Source: Candidatus Hodarchaeota archaeon
Lineage (GTDB): Archaea; Asgardarchaeota; Lokiarchaeia; Sigyniarchaeales; SOKP01
Length of the DNA stretch: 64,000 nt
Assembly (NCBI GenBank): GCA_048887225.1
Contig: JBHLJY010000011.1
Location: 1 to 64,000 of the forward strand
Reading direction: 5' to 3'
Positions 20,143 to 31,179 of the stretch are shown here, piece after piece. Position 1 is the stretch's first letter. The number at the start of each line of letters is the position of its first letter. The translations under genes were made by a program, and so were the position numbers. The notes under the pieces are model-generated. The model made no database searches. It was not told the DNA's origin and worked only from the letters and a program-made list of their open reading frames with translations.

Positions 20143-21798
20143 ATGAATTATGAAATAATAGATATAGATGCCCTTGGCAGAATTGGAAAAATTAAGATTG
20201 GAAATAAGCATATAATTACTCCTAACCTATTTCCCGTCGTCCATCCTTATAAAAATATATTGAAACCGCCAGAATTAAAAAGATTTGGTGCTCAAGGCAT
20301 ATTTACAAACGCTTATATCATTCATCAAAATGATCAATTAAAAGAAGGTGTCTTGAAAAAGGGATTACATCGATATTTAGATTTTGATGGGCTAATCGCA
20401 ACTGACTGTGGTGCATTTCAGCAATATATCTATAATACTGATATATTAGATATTGACCCAGAGACTATTGAAAAATTTCAGGAGATTATTGGATCAGATT
20501 TTCCGGTTATTTTAGATATACCTGTCCAACTAGACGATGATTATGAAACAGCTAAAACTAAAGTGCTCACAACATTAAATAGAGCAAAAGATAATATTAA
20601 AAGAAGGACTAATCAAAATTGTCATTGGATTGGACCAATACACGGAGCAAAATATTTTGATTTACTAGAATTAAGTACAAATGAAATGAGCAAACTTAAT
20701 TTTGGGATTTATGCAATTGGTGGACTTGTAAAAGCATTACTGGATTATCGGTTTGATTTAACTCTTAAAATTTTATTAACTGTGAAAAAAAATCTTGTTT
20801 CTGACAAACCATTACATATGTTTGGATTAGGATTACCTCAATTTTTTTCATTAGCCATCGCTTGCGGATGTGATTTAATGGATTCCGCAGCATATATCTT
20901 ATTCGCTAAAGAAAATCGATATTTTACATTATCAACAGGAACAAAAAAACTCGAGGAATTAGAAGAGTTTCCTTGCCATTGCCCTATTTGTTGCAGATAT
21001 AATCCTAAAGAATTGAAATCTTTCGATGAGAACTTAAGAACTGAACTGTTGGCAAAGCATAATTTATACCTCTCTTTTTCTGAGTTAAAAACGATAAGGC
21101 AAGCTATAAGAGATGGAAACTTATGGGAACTTGTAGAGCAGAGAATAAGAAATCATCCTGCTCTTAAAGAAGCTGCTAATATTATTAAAGAGTATAGCGA
21201 ATATTTTGAAATTCATGAGAAGATTTACAAGAACCATGGGAGATTATTTGCTTCCAGTGAAAGTATTAATAGACCTATATTTCATAGATACGAGAAAAAG
21301 CTTAAAATTCATTATCGAGTCCCTATTGAAGCAAAATATCTAGTTGTTTTGCCAGAATTGGACGTAAAGGGTGTAAACTCACCAACTATAAATAAGTGGT
21401 TGGATACTATAAACAATAATATCATAATTCCAAGAGAATTTTTACATATTGTTTTTATAACTGAATTTTTTGGAATGATTCCCCTTGAATTATCCGAAAC
21501 ATTTCCATTGGGACAATATGAATCAATTAGTAGTACTGGGAAAAATGATTTGATATACGAGAATTCATTAAAAAAGTCAGAAATCTTTTTCGACCTTTTT
21601 TCAAAATATTATGAAAAATGTGGTGTTTTAATCCCTGAAAAAATTTTTAATCAATTCGGAGATTATGTTGATTTTTCTATAAATAATCCAATTTTTGGAT
21701 TAATCCCCATAATAAAATCTAAATTTAATTCAAATTTTGAAGTTTTTAATAATCTGAAAGAATTATTATATTATTTCAAAGATGATAATATTAAATGA
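20143..21798 (+). CDS. tgtA: Archaeosine tRNA-guanine(15) transglycosylase
   Basis: TPNLFPVV, FTNAYI, TDCGAFQ, HMFGLG, DLMDSAAY, Zn site CHCPIC..HNL. Confidence 0.9.
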   Translation: MNYEIIDIDALGRIGKIKIGNKHIITPNLFPVVHPYKNILKPPELKRFGAQGIFTNAYIIHQNDQLKEGVLKKGLHRYLDFDGLIATDCGAFQQYIYNTDILDIDPETIEKFQEIIGSDFPVILDIPVQLDDDYETAKTKVLTTLNRAKDNIKRRTNQNCHWIGPIHGAKYFDLLELSTNEMSKLNFGIYAIGGLVKALLDYRFDLTLKILLTVKKNLVSDKPLHMFGLGLPQFFSLAIACGCDLMDSAAYILFAKENRYFTLSTGTKKLEELEEFPCHCPICCRYNPKELKSFDENLRTELLAKHNLYLSFSELKTIRQAIRDGNLWELVEQRIRNHPALKEAANIIKEYSEYFEIHEKIYKNHGRLFASSESINRPIFHRYEKKLKIHYRVPIEAKYLVVLPELDVKGVNSPTINKWLDTINNNIIIPREFLHIVFITEFFGMIPLELSETFPLGQYESISSTGKNDLIYENSLKKSEIFFDLFSKYYEKCGVLIPEKIFNQFGDYVDFSINNPIFGLIPIIKSKFNSNFEVFNNLKELLYYFKDDNIK

Positions 21799-22223
21799 CG
21801 ATACTGGAAAAAATTTTTGCTTATGGACACGAAAATATACTCTGCACTCATACTACTACTATTGAATTAACGAAAGAAAGCCATATTACAAATAGAGGCA
21901 ACTGTATTTTGGGGATTAATGCTTCAAAATCGTGTATAGATCTTAATCCTATTTTAAAAGAAAATATTAAAAATGAAAAAAAAATTCTGGTCTCTGTTAG
22001 AATTGAGAATCTAATTGATTCGTTTTATGGTTTTGGAAATAAATATTTAACTTTACTAGATAAACAAGATTTAGTTTTCCGAAAAAGCGATTATATCTGT
22101 GATAGAACTGTTTTAATTAATTGTACAAAATCATCAAGCGATATAAATCGTAACTTGATTAAAAGACTAAAAAACTCTAAAACTAAATTTTCTATAATAT
22201 TTGAAACAGACGATGACAACTAA
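21795..22223 (+). CDS. DUF371 family protein
   Basis: GHENILCTHTTTIELTKE..RGNCILG, FRKSDY..RT. Confidence 0.88.
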   Translation: MTILEKIFAYGHENILCTHTTTIELTKESHITNRGNCILGINASKSCIDLNPILKENIKNEKKILVSVRIENLIDSFYGFGNKYLTLLDKQDLVFRKSDYICDRTVLINCTKSSSDINRNLIKRLKNSKTKFSIIFETDDDN

Positions 22224-23358
22224 AACCAAAGACATTAATTATCTAAAAACAAAAAAGGAAAATGGGCAAGCTTTTATCAAGTTAATAAGTAGAAAGTTTA
22301 AAAACTACGAATTAATTGATGAAAAATACAAAATCTTAAGAGAAAACGATTATATTTTATTCCCTTTAATAGATAATAATTATTTAATAGATAAGTTGAC
22401 AGGATCCATTGGAAATACTTTTGGTTTTAAAATTATATCTAAAAAAGCTATACCAAATCCAAAATATATGTATAAATCTCTTGAAGAAGTTTTAAAAAAT
22501 AAAATTCCAGAGAAATATTTTAATCTAGTTCCAAAATCATATGATATACTAGGAAATATAGCTATAATCGAGTTTGATAAATTTAAATCTTATGATGAAA
22601 AAAAAATTAATTTATTTAAAAGAGAAATAGGCGAAGCGATTACAATTACAAATAAAAAAGTTAAAACAGTATATGAAAAAACTAGCAAAATCAAAGGAAA
22701 ATATAGATTAAGAGAATTAGGGCTCCTGTATGGTGAAAATAACTCTGAAACTATTTATAAAGAGAATAAGTGCCTTTTTAAACTAGATGTAAAATGCACT
22801 TTCTTTACACCAAGATTAATTTTTGAAAGGCGACGTATTGCTTCAAGTGATATTAAAAAGAATGAAATTATTGTTGATTTATTTGCTGGAATTGGACCTA
22901 CTTCCATTCAGATTGCTAAAAAACATAATGTCATTATACATGCTTTTGATATGAATCCAGATGCTTATAATTACCTTATGGAAAATATCAAATTGAATAA
23001 AATGAAAGGTAAGGTGATTCCCCATAAATTAAATATAAAACAACTCCTTGATCCTTCAAATCAATTAGGGCTGTCATTAAAAAGTAAAGTAGATAGAATA
23101 ATAATGAATTTACCCGAAAGATCTTTAGAATACATAGATATAGTATGCTTTTTAATGAAGAAATCTGGTGGAATTTTGCACAATTATCAGTTCTGTAAAA
23201 AACCTAATCAAATTAAAAAAGCAATAAGAGATCTAAATCTAAAACTAAATAAATTAAACTGGTTTGTTGAAAAAGAGCTCAATGCCAAAATTGTTAAGTC
23301 TTATTCACCAAAATCGGATTTAGTTGGAGTAGATTTATATATAAAATCAAAGGTTTAA
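22201..23358 (+). CDS. Trm5/Taw2-type tRNA methyltransferase (Met-10+ family)
   Basis: YDILGNIAI, ETIYKENKC.FKLDV, FFTPRL..ERRRI, VDLFAGIGP, IIMNLP. Confidence 0.88.
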   Translation: MKQTMTTKTKDINYLKTKKENGQAFIKLISRKFKNYELIDEKYKILRENDYILFPLIDNNYLIDKLTGSIGNTFGFKIISKKAIPNPKYMYKSLEEVLKNKIPEKYFNLVPKSYDILGNIAIIEFDKFKSYDEKKINLFKREIGEAITITNKKVKTVYEKTSKIKGKYRLRELGLLYGENNSETIYKENKCLFKLDVKCTFFTPRLIFERRRIASSDIKKNEIIVDLFAGIGPTSIQIAKKHNVIIHAFDMNPDAYNYLMENIKLNKMKGKVIPHKLNIKQLLDPSNQLGLSLKSKVDRIIMNLPERSLEYIDIVCFLMKKSGGILHNYQFCKKPNQIKKAIRDLNLKLNKLNWFVEKELNAKIVKSYSPKSDLVGVDLYIKSKV

Positions 23359-23418
23359 TAATAACTGTTAATCAAAATAATACCTAATCTTAAATAAAAA
23401 ATAATGAATTCCTAAAAA

Positions 23419-24429
23419 TTAAATCCTTGTACCTCTTATAAAAGGCTCCATTATCGATGGATTTAATATTTCGATTATCTCTAAGATTTCTGAATAGATG
23501 CTTATTACTTTTGCACCACTAAAAATTCCAATTAAGCATTTTGAAGAATCAATGTTTAATGCTATAATTTTCTTTTCAGAATAATCTGTGAATTTACAAT
23601 AATTTTTTAATTCACTAATAAGAATATTGGTAGCTGGATCGTTAATTTTTGCAGCTATATTTAATCTTACTTTATTTGGCATTTCTTTTATAATATCTAT
23701 TAATTCATATTTACTTAAATCTTGAATATCAGGTAAAACTAACCTTATATTACTTTTCGCTTGAGGCAAAATTTTTTTCAAAAGCTCGAATATATCTTCC
23801 ATATTCGATATTATCTTAGTGCTTCTTTCAGCAACTTTTTCGATTTCTTTTTTTTGTCCTTGATAAGATCTTTCCAATTCTTCTTCTAAATCCTTAATCT
23901 TCTCCTCAAATTCTCTTATTGTTTCTTTTTCTTGGACTTCCAGATTTTTGTCTTTTTTAACTAGCTTGTCAATTTGCATACTTTTACTAAGGAGCTCGGA
24001 ACTTGATTTTTTAAACTTTTCTCTCAAATCCTCAATGATTTGATTATTATGCTGTATTTGCAGTTCTTTTTCTTTTATCTGTCCTAGAATATCGTGCTTA
24101 CTTTCTAATATTACAGATTTTTCTTTAAGTAAATTCTCCTTATCTTGAAATAATTCATCAATTTTTTTCTCTTTTAATTCTAATTTGTCCTCAAAATTCT
24201 GCTTTTCATTTTCTAAGGAATCAATTCTTTCGTTTAAATTTTTTATCTCTGCTTCCAGAATTTTAATTTCAGATTGAAGTTTTTGAATTTCTCCAGAAAA
24301 TTCTGCTTCTTTATTCTTATACCTATTTAATTTTGCCGTTAACTCCGAGATTTTCTCCCTTGATTTGTTAAGTTCTGATATTAATTCTGGTTTTTTTCTC
24401 TTTTCATATGTCAAGTTTAATAAAAACAC
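23419..24429 (-). CDS. Coiled-coil protein with C-terminal globular domain
   Basis: About 200 aa of E/K-rich heptads followed by an alpha/beta domain (AKSNIRLVLP). Confidence 0.75.
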   Translation of the reverse strand: MFLLNLTYEKRKKPELISELNKSREKISELTAKLNRYKNKEAEFSGEIQKLQSEIKILEAEIKNLNERIDSLENEKQNFEDKLELKEKKIDELFQDKENLLKEKSVILESKHDILGQIKEKELQIQHNNQIIEDLREKFKKSSSELLSKSMQIDKLVKKDKNLEVQEKETIREFEEKIKDLEEELERSYQGQKKEIEKVAERSTKIISNMEDIFELLKKILPQAKSNIRLVLPDIQDLSKYELIDIIKEMPNKVRLNIAAKINDPATNILISELKNYCKFTDYSEKKIIALNIDSSKCLIGIFSGAKVISIYSEILEIIEILNPSIMEPFIRGTRI

Positions 24430-24666
24430 CTTAACTATTTAAAAACTCCTTCTAGCGATTAATATAAATTATTACTATTAAATAATTATTAGTCAATCCA
24501 AAATTATATTTTTACCTATTTTTCATAATTACTACACTTATTAATATAAATATATGAAATCTAAAATGCTTGATCAAAAATATTGTATTATAATTGAAGA
24601 TGTGTTTTAATACCAAAGAAAAAGAAATATTAACAATTGATTTATTAATTATTAAAAAAATTATAG

Positions 24667-24739
24667 CGACCCTGGCAGGATTCGAACCTGCGACCTTCGG
24701 ATTAGAAGTCCGATGCCCTATCCACTAGGCTACAGGGTC
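24667..24739 (-). tRNA. tRNA-Arg(TCT)
   Basis: GACCCTG/CAGGGTC acceptor, TCGGA-CTTCTAA-TCCGA anticodon arm, GCAGG-TTCGAAT-CCTGC. Confidence 0.96.
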
Positions 24740-24961
24740 TGATAAAAAATCTATACTAAAATCTTTATTGTATACTATATTTCCTTTGGATATTTCATTA
24801 TATCCAATGAAATCTAAAAATATTTGTATGTCTAAAAGACTCTTAAAATTATTAATAATAAGGTTTTTTGTAATTTTATATTTTTAGTTAAGTAATAAAT
24901 TATTAATATATCATTTTTATTACATTAAAAATCTTAGATTAGTTTAAGGTTTAAATGGATT

Positions 24962-25702
24962 ATGATTAATGATCTCGAATCAATGCTAAAGCATCGTGAT
25001 TTTTATCATCAAAGTATTAAATACAGTTTTAACTGGAATCTAAAAAATCATAAAGAAAAACTTAACCAATTGAGCTCTACTCAAGAAGAGATTAAAAAAC
25101 TTGGAAGCTATCTTAAAAAAGTTTATCAAGGTTCAATACCAAACATTCTATTTAATAGAAGAGATATTCCCAGAGTTTCTCAATTTAAGATAAGAGGGCT
25201 TAAGAATGTCTTCTTAAGAAGTATTAGTAAGAAATTAATTCGTACCGGGAAGATTATAAAGTTAGGCTCAAACACCAAATTGCCGAATTATACTCGAGAA
25301 GTGTACAAAACGTACCGCAAAAATCAATTTAATAAGACACCTGGCCATGTTCCTATTTTGAAAAACATCTTAATAAAGGATAAGGATTCTATAGCTATTG
25401 AGGTTCCAATTTGGATAACGAGTAATAATATAAACATTACGGGTCATATAGATTTGATTCAAATCCAAAATGATATCATTAAGGTAATTGATTATAAACC
25501 TGAAGGAAATTTTATGTTTTCGCTTCCACAAGTCGCCATTTATGGACTCTTGATTAAAAAAAATCTTAAAATTAATCGTTTAAAATGCATTTCATTTAAT
25601 AAATACGAAGGTTGGGAATACAAACCAGAAATTTTATTAACAGATGTTAGGGATTATTTAAAATCCCATAAAACACCAAGAAATTGGGAGAATCTTATAT
25701 AG
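24962..25702 (+). CDS. PD-(D/E)xK nuclease family protein
   Basis: IEVPI, GHIDLI, IDYK, QVAIY (RecB/Cas4-like motifs). Confidence 0.8.
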   Translation: MINDLESMLKHRDFYHQSIKYSFNWNLKNHKEKLNQLSSTQEEIKKLGSYLKKVYQGSIPNILFNRRDIPRVSQFKIRGLKNVFLRSISKKLIRTGKIIKLGSNTKLPNYTREVYKTYRKNQFNKTPGHVPILKNILIKDKDSIAIEVPIWITSNNINITGHIDLIQIQNDIIKVIDYKPEGNFMFSLPQVAIYGLLIKKNLKINRLKCISFNKYEGWEYKPEILLTDVRDYLKSHKTPRNWENLI

Positions 25703-25717
25703 ATTGAGTACAATTGT

Positions 25718-25978
25718 TTAACCTAACTTCTTTTTTGGCTCAGGTATTTTAATTTCCTCTGTTTTTAAATATCTTTTAAAGATAAAATAGCACAAAATTA
25801 ATGCTAGTAGTTCAACTAAAACACCAATACCAGATATAACAGTTCCATTATATCCAAAATGTCTTAATAATAAAGCACATCCTAAACCAGAGAACGCAAG
25901 TGAAAATAAAATGAATCCTTGAATAATCTGCCATAAAGAATCTATTAAATACTGGATTTGCTTTTTAATCCACGACAT
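25718..25978 (-). CDS. Small membrane protein (2 TM)
   Basis: Two hydrophobic segments and a basic tail. Confidence 0.7.
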   Translation of the reverse strand: MSWIKKQIQYLIDSLWQIIQGFILFSLAFSGLGCALLLRHFGYNGTVISGIGVLVELLALILCYFIFKRYLKTEEIKIPEPKKKLG

Positions 25979-26118
25979 CTAATATAGCTCGTTGAGTGAA
26001 AAATTGCTTTAATTTGTAAATAAATTAAGTTTGGATGATTTTAATATCTTTGTTATTTTTTTAATTTAAAATAAATTTTCCCTAAAAAGAAGGTGAGTTT
26101 TTAATAAATCTACACAAT

Positions 26119-28536
26119 CTATTTTCCCTTTCTTCTAAATTTGGAATATAAAGCTTTATCTAAGATCTTCCCTATTCTTTTCGCAATTTGCTTAGCGATC
26201 TCAAACCTTTCACCTTCAAGCATATTTTCTATTTCTCGAGAGGAGGGCGCACGACCTAATCTCTTCTCTAATGTTTTTTCTGTAATCTCAATAATTATAT
26301 TATATAATTTCTCCTGATTTGGTAATTTCATGTCTTTTGCATGTGATTTAATTTTTTCAATAGCAAAATGAAAATATTCAGTAAATAAATCAAGAACATT
26401 TCCTTTTAATTCGCTATGAAGTTTAATATTACCAATAGCCGTTTTTGTATCTTTTTCTTGCCAATATAATTGATTTGGATTAATCCCTGGACTAGTTATT
26501 CTCATAAGCGAAGAAGTAATTCTTCTTTCTATCCAATTCAGAGTACTAATTTCTTGATGTTTTCTAATTTCTTTCCTTTTCTCTTCTTTTTCTTTTTCTT
26601 TAGATTCTATGGTCTGTATAACTTTTAACTTACGTTTTTCTTCAAATTGTTCAAATTTTTTAATTAAATCATATGCTATACAGTAAGAAATCGGAGAGAT
26701 TCTTTCTGCTTTTAACATTAATGGCTTAATATTTTCATAAATTAGACTCGGTTTGTCTTTAAATTCACTTATCCCTTCATTTAAAGGAGTATTTGTTAAT
26801 CTAGCAAAAATAAATCCATTAACTAGAAATGGTTGATTTAAAGCATTAAAAATTACAACTAATTCTTTTTGCATTTTTATTATTCGATCTATAATAAGCT
26901 CTTCTAATTTTATCCAAATCCATTTTTCTGAATCTGTAGTTCCGTACATTTTTTTTAAAGCGAGAAGAAACAATGTTTTTTCGTTAGTAATTCTTAAATA
27001 TACTTCAATAATTCTGCTAATTTGTCTCACGATTTTTGAAAAGATATAAAAAAAAATTTGCTTTGCTATATTAATTATTATTTCTTCGAAATTCAAAAGT
27101 GTTAGAATCTGCGAATAGGAGCTTAATTTTAAATCTCGAATGAAAACTCTATCAATTATTTCTTTTTTTCGAACAAATTCGCGAAAATCATCAATAGAGT
27201 AGCCAATTTTTTCTTCTAAAATTTTCCATAATTCTTGAAGTTCTATATCATCTTTATATAACAATTCCAAAATACTGAATTCATTTAGATCTTCGAATCC
27301 TTTTATCATCTTGTTGAGAATTGGAACACCTAATTCACAAATAGTTTTTTTAGCCATAAAAATTAAATTTTTTTTTTCTTTGTTTAAGTTCATTATATCA
27401 AATTTGTCGATGTTATACCTAATCATATTTTGTTTTATTTTTTGTGCTAGATCATTATCTGTATTAATTAAATGTAAAAGATTATAGATTCCGTATTTAT
27501 TTAGCATATAAATTGTTTCTTGAAAACTATTTTCATTTAAATTTTGTAAAAAGTATATAAAATCATTCGGATTTGTTCTAAGTTGTTTGATTATTTCCGA
27601 CTTTAAAAACGATAATACAACTTCTTCAAATTGATCGTAATTAATTTTCTCTTTAAGGGCACTACTGATTTTTTCTATTAATTGCTTTTTTATATTATTT
27701 GCCCTTAAAAAGGTATTTAATCCAGGAATAGATATTGGAAAACGATTGAAGTTATAATCAATCACTTTACGTTTAATCATTCTGACAGACATAGCTAACA
27801 TTTGTAACTCTTTATAAGATTTAAACTCAAAATCATCCTGAACTTTATTAATAAGCCTATTCAGAGTAGATAATTCAATCACTTTATCTTCTTTCTCTTC
27901 CCGTTTCAATTTTTTTTCTATCTCAACAGATAAGTCTTTAAAAGCAGAACTTTCCTCTAATATCTCAAATTTGATCTTATTAGTAAGACCAACCAAATCA
28001 CCAATTAAATCGTAAAAATAAAATGGAGGGTATTTCAATACAATTTCAATTAAGTCTTGTTCAATATGATCTTCTATTTCTTCTATCAAACTTTTTTTCT
28101 GAAGTTCTTTTAGGTTTGATTTCCTTTCCTCAATTAAAAAAGAAATAATTTTATTCTCCAAATAAATTAATCTATAAAGCAGATCGATTTCTAAATTTAA
28201 GGAATCTTTTAGAATTAAAGCAATTTCGTCAAATAAAATCTTTTTTTCCAAAAGTTCTAAATTTTGGGTTGACTTAATAGTCATTTGGTCCATCTCTAAA
28301 CTATCTTCAACCCGAATCCCTAAATTATGGTATAGATGAATAGAAGCCGTAGCAATTAATAGATCATAAAGTGTGGGGTCTTTATTGATTGAATTCATTA
28401 ATTCAAATATTTTCTGTTTGTCAGCCTCTCTTTTATAATGATTAATTATCAAGTCTACAGTTTGAAAAAATCTAAAGGAACTTTCAATAGCTGAAGCTTT
28501 TCTTTTTATCCCACTAATCATATCTCTTTCACCCAT
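26119..28536 (-). CDS. Large alpha-helical hypothetical protein (likely start ATG at 28521)
   Basis: 805-aa uninterrupted ORF; ATGA overlap with the upstream gene's stop. Confidence 0.8.
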   Translation of the reverse strand: MGERDMISGIKRKASAIESSFRFFQTVDLIINHYKREADKQKIFELMNSINKDPTLYDLLIATASIHLYHNLGIRVEDSLEMDQMTIKSTQNLELLEKKILFDEIALILKDSLNLEIDLLYRLIYLENKIISFLIEERKSNLKELQKKSLIEEIEDHIEQDLIEIVLKYPPFYFYDLIGDLVGLTNKIKFEILEESSAFKDLSVEIEKKLKREEKEDKVIELSTLNRLINKVQDDFEFKSYKELQMLAMSVRMIKRKVIDYNFNRFPISIPGLNTFLRANNIKKQLIEKISSALKEKINYDQFEEVVLSFLKSEIIKQLRTNPNDFIYFLQNLNENSFQETIYMLNKYGIYNLLHLINTDNDLAQKIKQNMIRYNIDKFDIMNLNKEKKNLIFMAKKTICELGVPILNKMIKGFEDLNEFSILELLYKDDIELQELWKILEEKIGYSIDDFREFVRKKEIIDRVFIRDLKLSSYSQILTLLNFEEIIINIAKQIFFYIFSKIVRQISRIIEVYLRITNEKTLFLLALKKMYGTTDSEKWIWIKLEELIIDRIIKMQKELVVIFNALNQPFLVNGFIFARLTNTPLNEGISEFKDKPSLIYENIKPLMLKAERISPISYCIAYDLIKKFEQFEEKRKLKVIQTIESKEKEKEEKRKEIRKHQEISTLNWIERRITSSLMRITSPGINPNQLYWQEKDTKTAIGNIKLHSELKGNVLDLFTEYFHFAIEKIKSHAKDMKLPNQEKLYNIIIEITEKTLEKRLGRAPSSREIENMLEGERFEIAKQIAKRIGKILDKALYSKFRRKGK

Positions 28537-30827
28537 TCACGATAGACTTCTTTAAAATTATCAGCTAAATCTATTTTAATATTATTTTTACCCCAAAAAC
28601 GAAAATTAAAGACATGAAAGAAATCAGCATTAAACAATTCTATTTCTTCGTTAGTCAAATTATGTTTTAAAATTAAAGTTACTGGTTGAGGGATAAGTTT
28701 TGAAAAATATTTTAATTCCCTCTCCTTTAAATAGTTATAAAACGTATCGTTTTCATCAATACTAAAAAATTTATAAGGAATTAATAAATCTTCTTGTAAA
28801 TTTAATGAGTTTATCTTATTTTCTATTTTATTTTTTATATATTTAGGAAATTCTGATTTACTTTGAATGCAAAAATCGTATTGTTTTAAGAAATCTAATA
28901 AGTGCTTTTTTTCTATTTCATCTGATATTTTTACGATATACCCATCTAAAAACTCTAAAAACTTCTCTATTTTTTGTTCTTTTAATTTCCTCTCTTCTAA
29001 ATACTTAATAAAATCGTTGTAATTTTTTTTTAAGTTCCAATCTTTTTGTTCTTCCATTTTAAAAAATTTTTTTGAATAATCTATTATCCATTCAAGTATA
29101 AGAGTTTTCCAATCTAAATCGATTCCACCTATACGCTTTTCTAAAAAACGGTGAAATTTATTAGCAAAAGTTACAGGATCCGATATTTCCTCATCGGGTT
29201 CCTCTTTTAAATAGCGGTTAATCGTAGAGTACCTCAAGATATAACCTAAAAGAAAATCTAATTCGCCAGAATATTTCTTAAATTTGTCAATATGTTTTTT
29301 AATAATATTTGAGTCCTTCTCCATCAAAATTTCAGCAAACGAAACTAAATCGCTGATCTTTAAATCAATTGTATCAAAAAAAATTTGATAATTTTCTTTT
29401 ATTAAATTAATAACTTCTTTTATTAAATCTTCCTCATTAAATTTAAATCCTTTTAACGATATTAAGGGATTTATTTCAATTTGATTAAGAAGATATGTAT
29501 AAAATTTTTCTAAATATTTATGACCTAAGATTTTCACGGGTTTCTGTTCTTTATCAAACTCTTCCTTCATATCTTTTATAAAAACTATAATTGAAGTTTT
29601 TAACCTTCTCCGAGATAAATATTTTGGTAATGCTTGTTTAATTAATGATATACTATTTCTGAATAGTTCTGAAAAATAGTATGATACTGATTCTAATTCT
29701 ATTGCTCTTAAAGTCTCTATCTGAATAATTGATTGCTTTATAGATTTAATTGCTAAATTACAAATATCCTCAAAATTTTCATGTTCTAATTTTCCTTTTT
29801 CCATAATAAACTGCTTATATTTATCTAAGAGTTCAGTTAAAGTACCTATTTCTCCAGTATTGAGAAAATTTTTAGAATATTCGAAAAATTTATTAAAATA
29901 ACTCTCTAAATCACCTAAATGTTTTCCTATTTCTATAATAACTCTTTTAGTTGAACACTGTTCTTCAATATTTCTAATTTTTTCTTCAAGACAACTAATT
30001 AGATAAGAGATTATCTCGTCTTGGGATTCATCAATCGTACCTGTATTTGCCAAATCTATAAGATCTGTCCCAAGTTTAAGGGTGTTTTCGATAACAAAAT
30101 TAGCGCTCGGTTCTGAAATTGAAAATTTGAGATGATCGATTGCGGTTTGCCCTTTAAATGGTGTTTTTACTTTTTCAAATTGAGAACCTGAAGTTATCAT
30201 CTCATATGGTCGTTTATACAACAATATTTCTATTTTAGATTTTATTGAAGCAAATGTATTTAACATCTCTTTTTCTGTTGGAAGCCACGTGCTTAATCCT
30301 ACTAATTTCTTATTCCATTTATCTTCAATTAATTTCCCATAAAGTTTCATGCTAAAACGAGAGGCAAATAGGTCAATTACGTGTTTTCTTTCTTGGTATT
30401 CTAATTCAGGACGATCAGTAAACTCTTCAACTTCAAAAAATAAACGACTTATTTCAGTTAATTCTTTTCTTGATTTATGAGTATTTAAAACACCTGTTTC
30501 TGGTTTTAAAGCAAGCAATAAACTTTCACAATCTTTATATTTACTAGGAATAAAAATCATTGATTTAGGATATATTTTCATCTGAGAGCTCTTATCTAAG
30601 TTAAGAAGTGAAAATTCGATACTAAACACCTCAGATCCAGTATAATCTCTTAACATAGCGTTGTACATTCTTAAAAATTTCATGACTTCGACTGAAAGCT
30701 CGTTTACTTTCTCTCGCGCCAATTTACGTGGGCCGATGACATCTCCAACAATCAAATCTTCATTTGGAGAGGAATATCCAAATATTAGTGAAAATTGATA
30801 ATTAATAGATTCTCTTGTAGTAATCAT
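28518..30827 (-). CDS. Large mostly helical hypothetical protein
   Basis: 769-aa uninterrupted ORF; no family recognised. Confidence 0.8.
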   Translation of the reverse strand: MITTRESINYQFSLIFGYSSPNEDLIVGDVIGPRKLAREKVNELSVEVMKFLRMYNAMLRDYTGSEVFSIEFSLLNLDKSSQMKIYPKSMIFIPSKYKDCESLLLALKPETGVLNTHKSRKELTEISRLFFEVEEFTDRPELEYQERKHVIDLFASRFSMKLYGKLIEDKWNKKLVGLSTWLPTEKEMLNTFASIKSKIEILLYKRPYEMITSGSQFEKVKTPFKGQTAIDHLKFSISEPSANFVIENTLKLGTDLIDLANTGTIDESQDEIISYLISCLEEKIRNIEEQCSTKRVIIEIGKHLGDLESYFNKFFEYSKNFLNTGEIGTLTELLDKYKQFIMEKGKLEHENFEDICNLAIKSIKQSIIQIETLRAIELESVSYYFSELFRNSISLIKQALPKYLSRRRLKTSIIVFIKDMKEEFDKEQKPVKILGHKYLEKFYTYLLNQIEINPLISLKGFKFNEEDLIKEVINLIKENYQIFFDTIDLKISDLVSFAEILMEKDSNIIKKHIDKFKKYSGELDFLLGYILRYSTINRYLKEEPDEEISDPVTFANKFHRFLEKRIGGIDLDWKTLILEWIIDYSKKFFKMEEQKDWNLKKNYNDFIKYLEERKLKEQKIEKFLEFLDGYIVKISDEIEKKHLLDFLKQYDFCIQSKSEFPKYIKNKIENKINSLNLQEDLLIPYKFFSIDENDTFYNYLKERELKYFSKLIPQPVTLILKHNLTNEEIELFNADFFHVFNFRFWGKNNIKIDLADNFKEVYREWVKEI

Positions 30828-31179
30828 TATCTAATAAGTCATCTAATTTTAGTGTTTAATTTAATTATCCAACAATCAAAAAATCTAATCCACACTAATA
30901 CAACTTTTTAAAAGGTAGATTTTGAACCTTTTTTGAATCTAATATAATTTAAATTTATATAATTTTAATGTGTTTTTAGTTGTTTTAAATTTTTTTACAC
31001 TATTAGAATTAAAATTATTATAAAAATCAGTTAAAAAATTTATATATATTATTTATTTTAACTTAAATTCATTCAACTTATATATATAATATTTTTATTA
31101 GTAAAATTCATAATAATAATAACAATTTATAACTTAATTTTTCGTTAATAAAAAAAACTCGAGGAAATTAACCAATAAG

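Noticed and set aside
24962-25702. cas4 or CRISPR locus
   Set aside because: No repeat-spacer array or other cas genes seen in the window; Cas4 Fe-S cysteines absent
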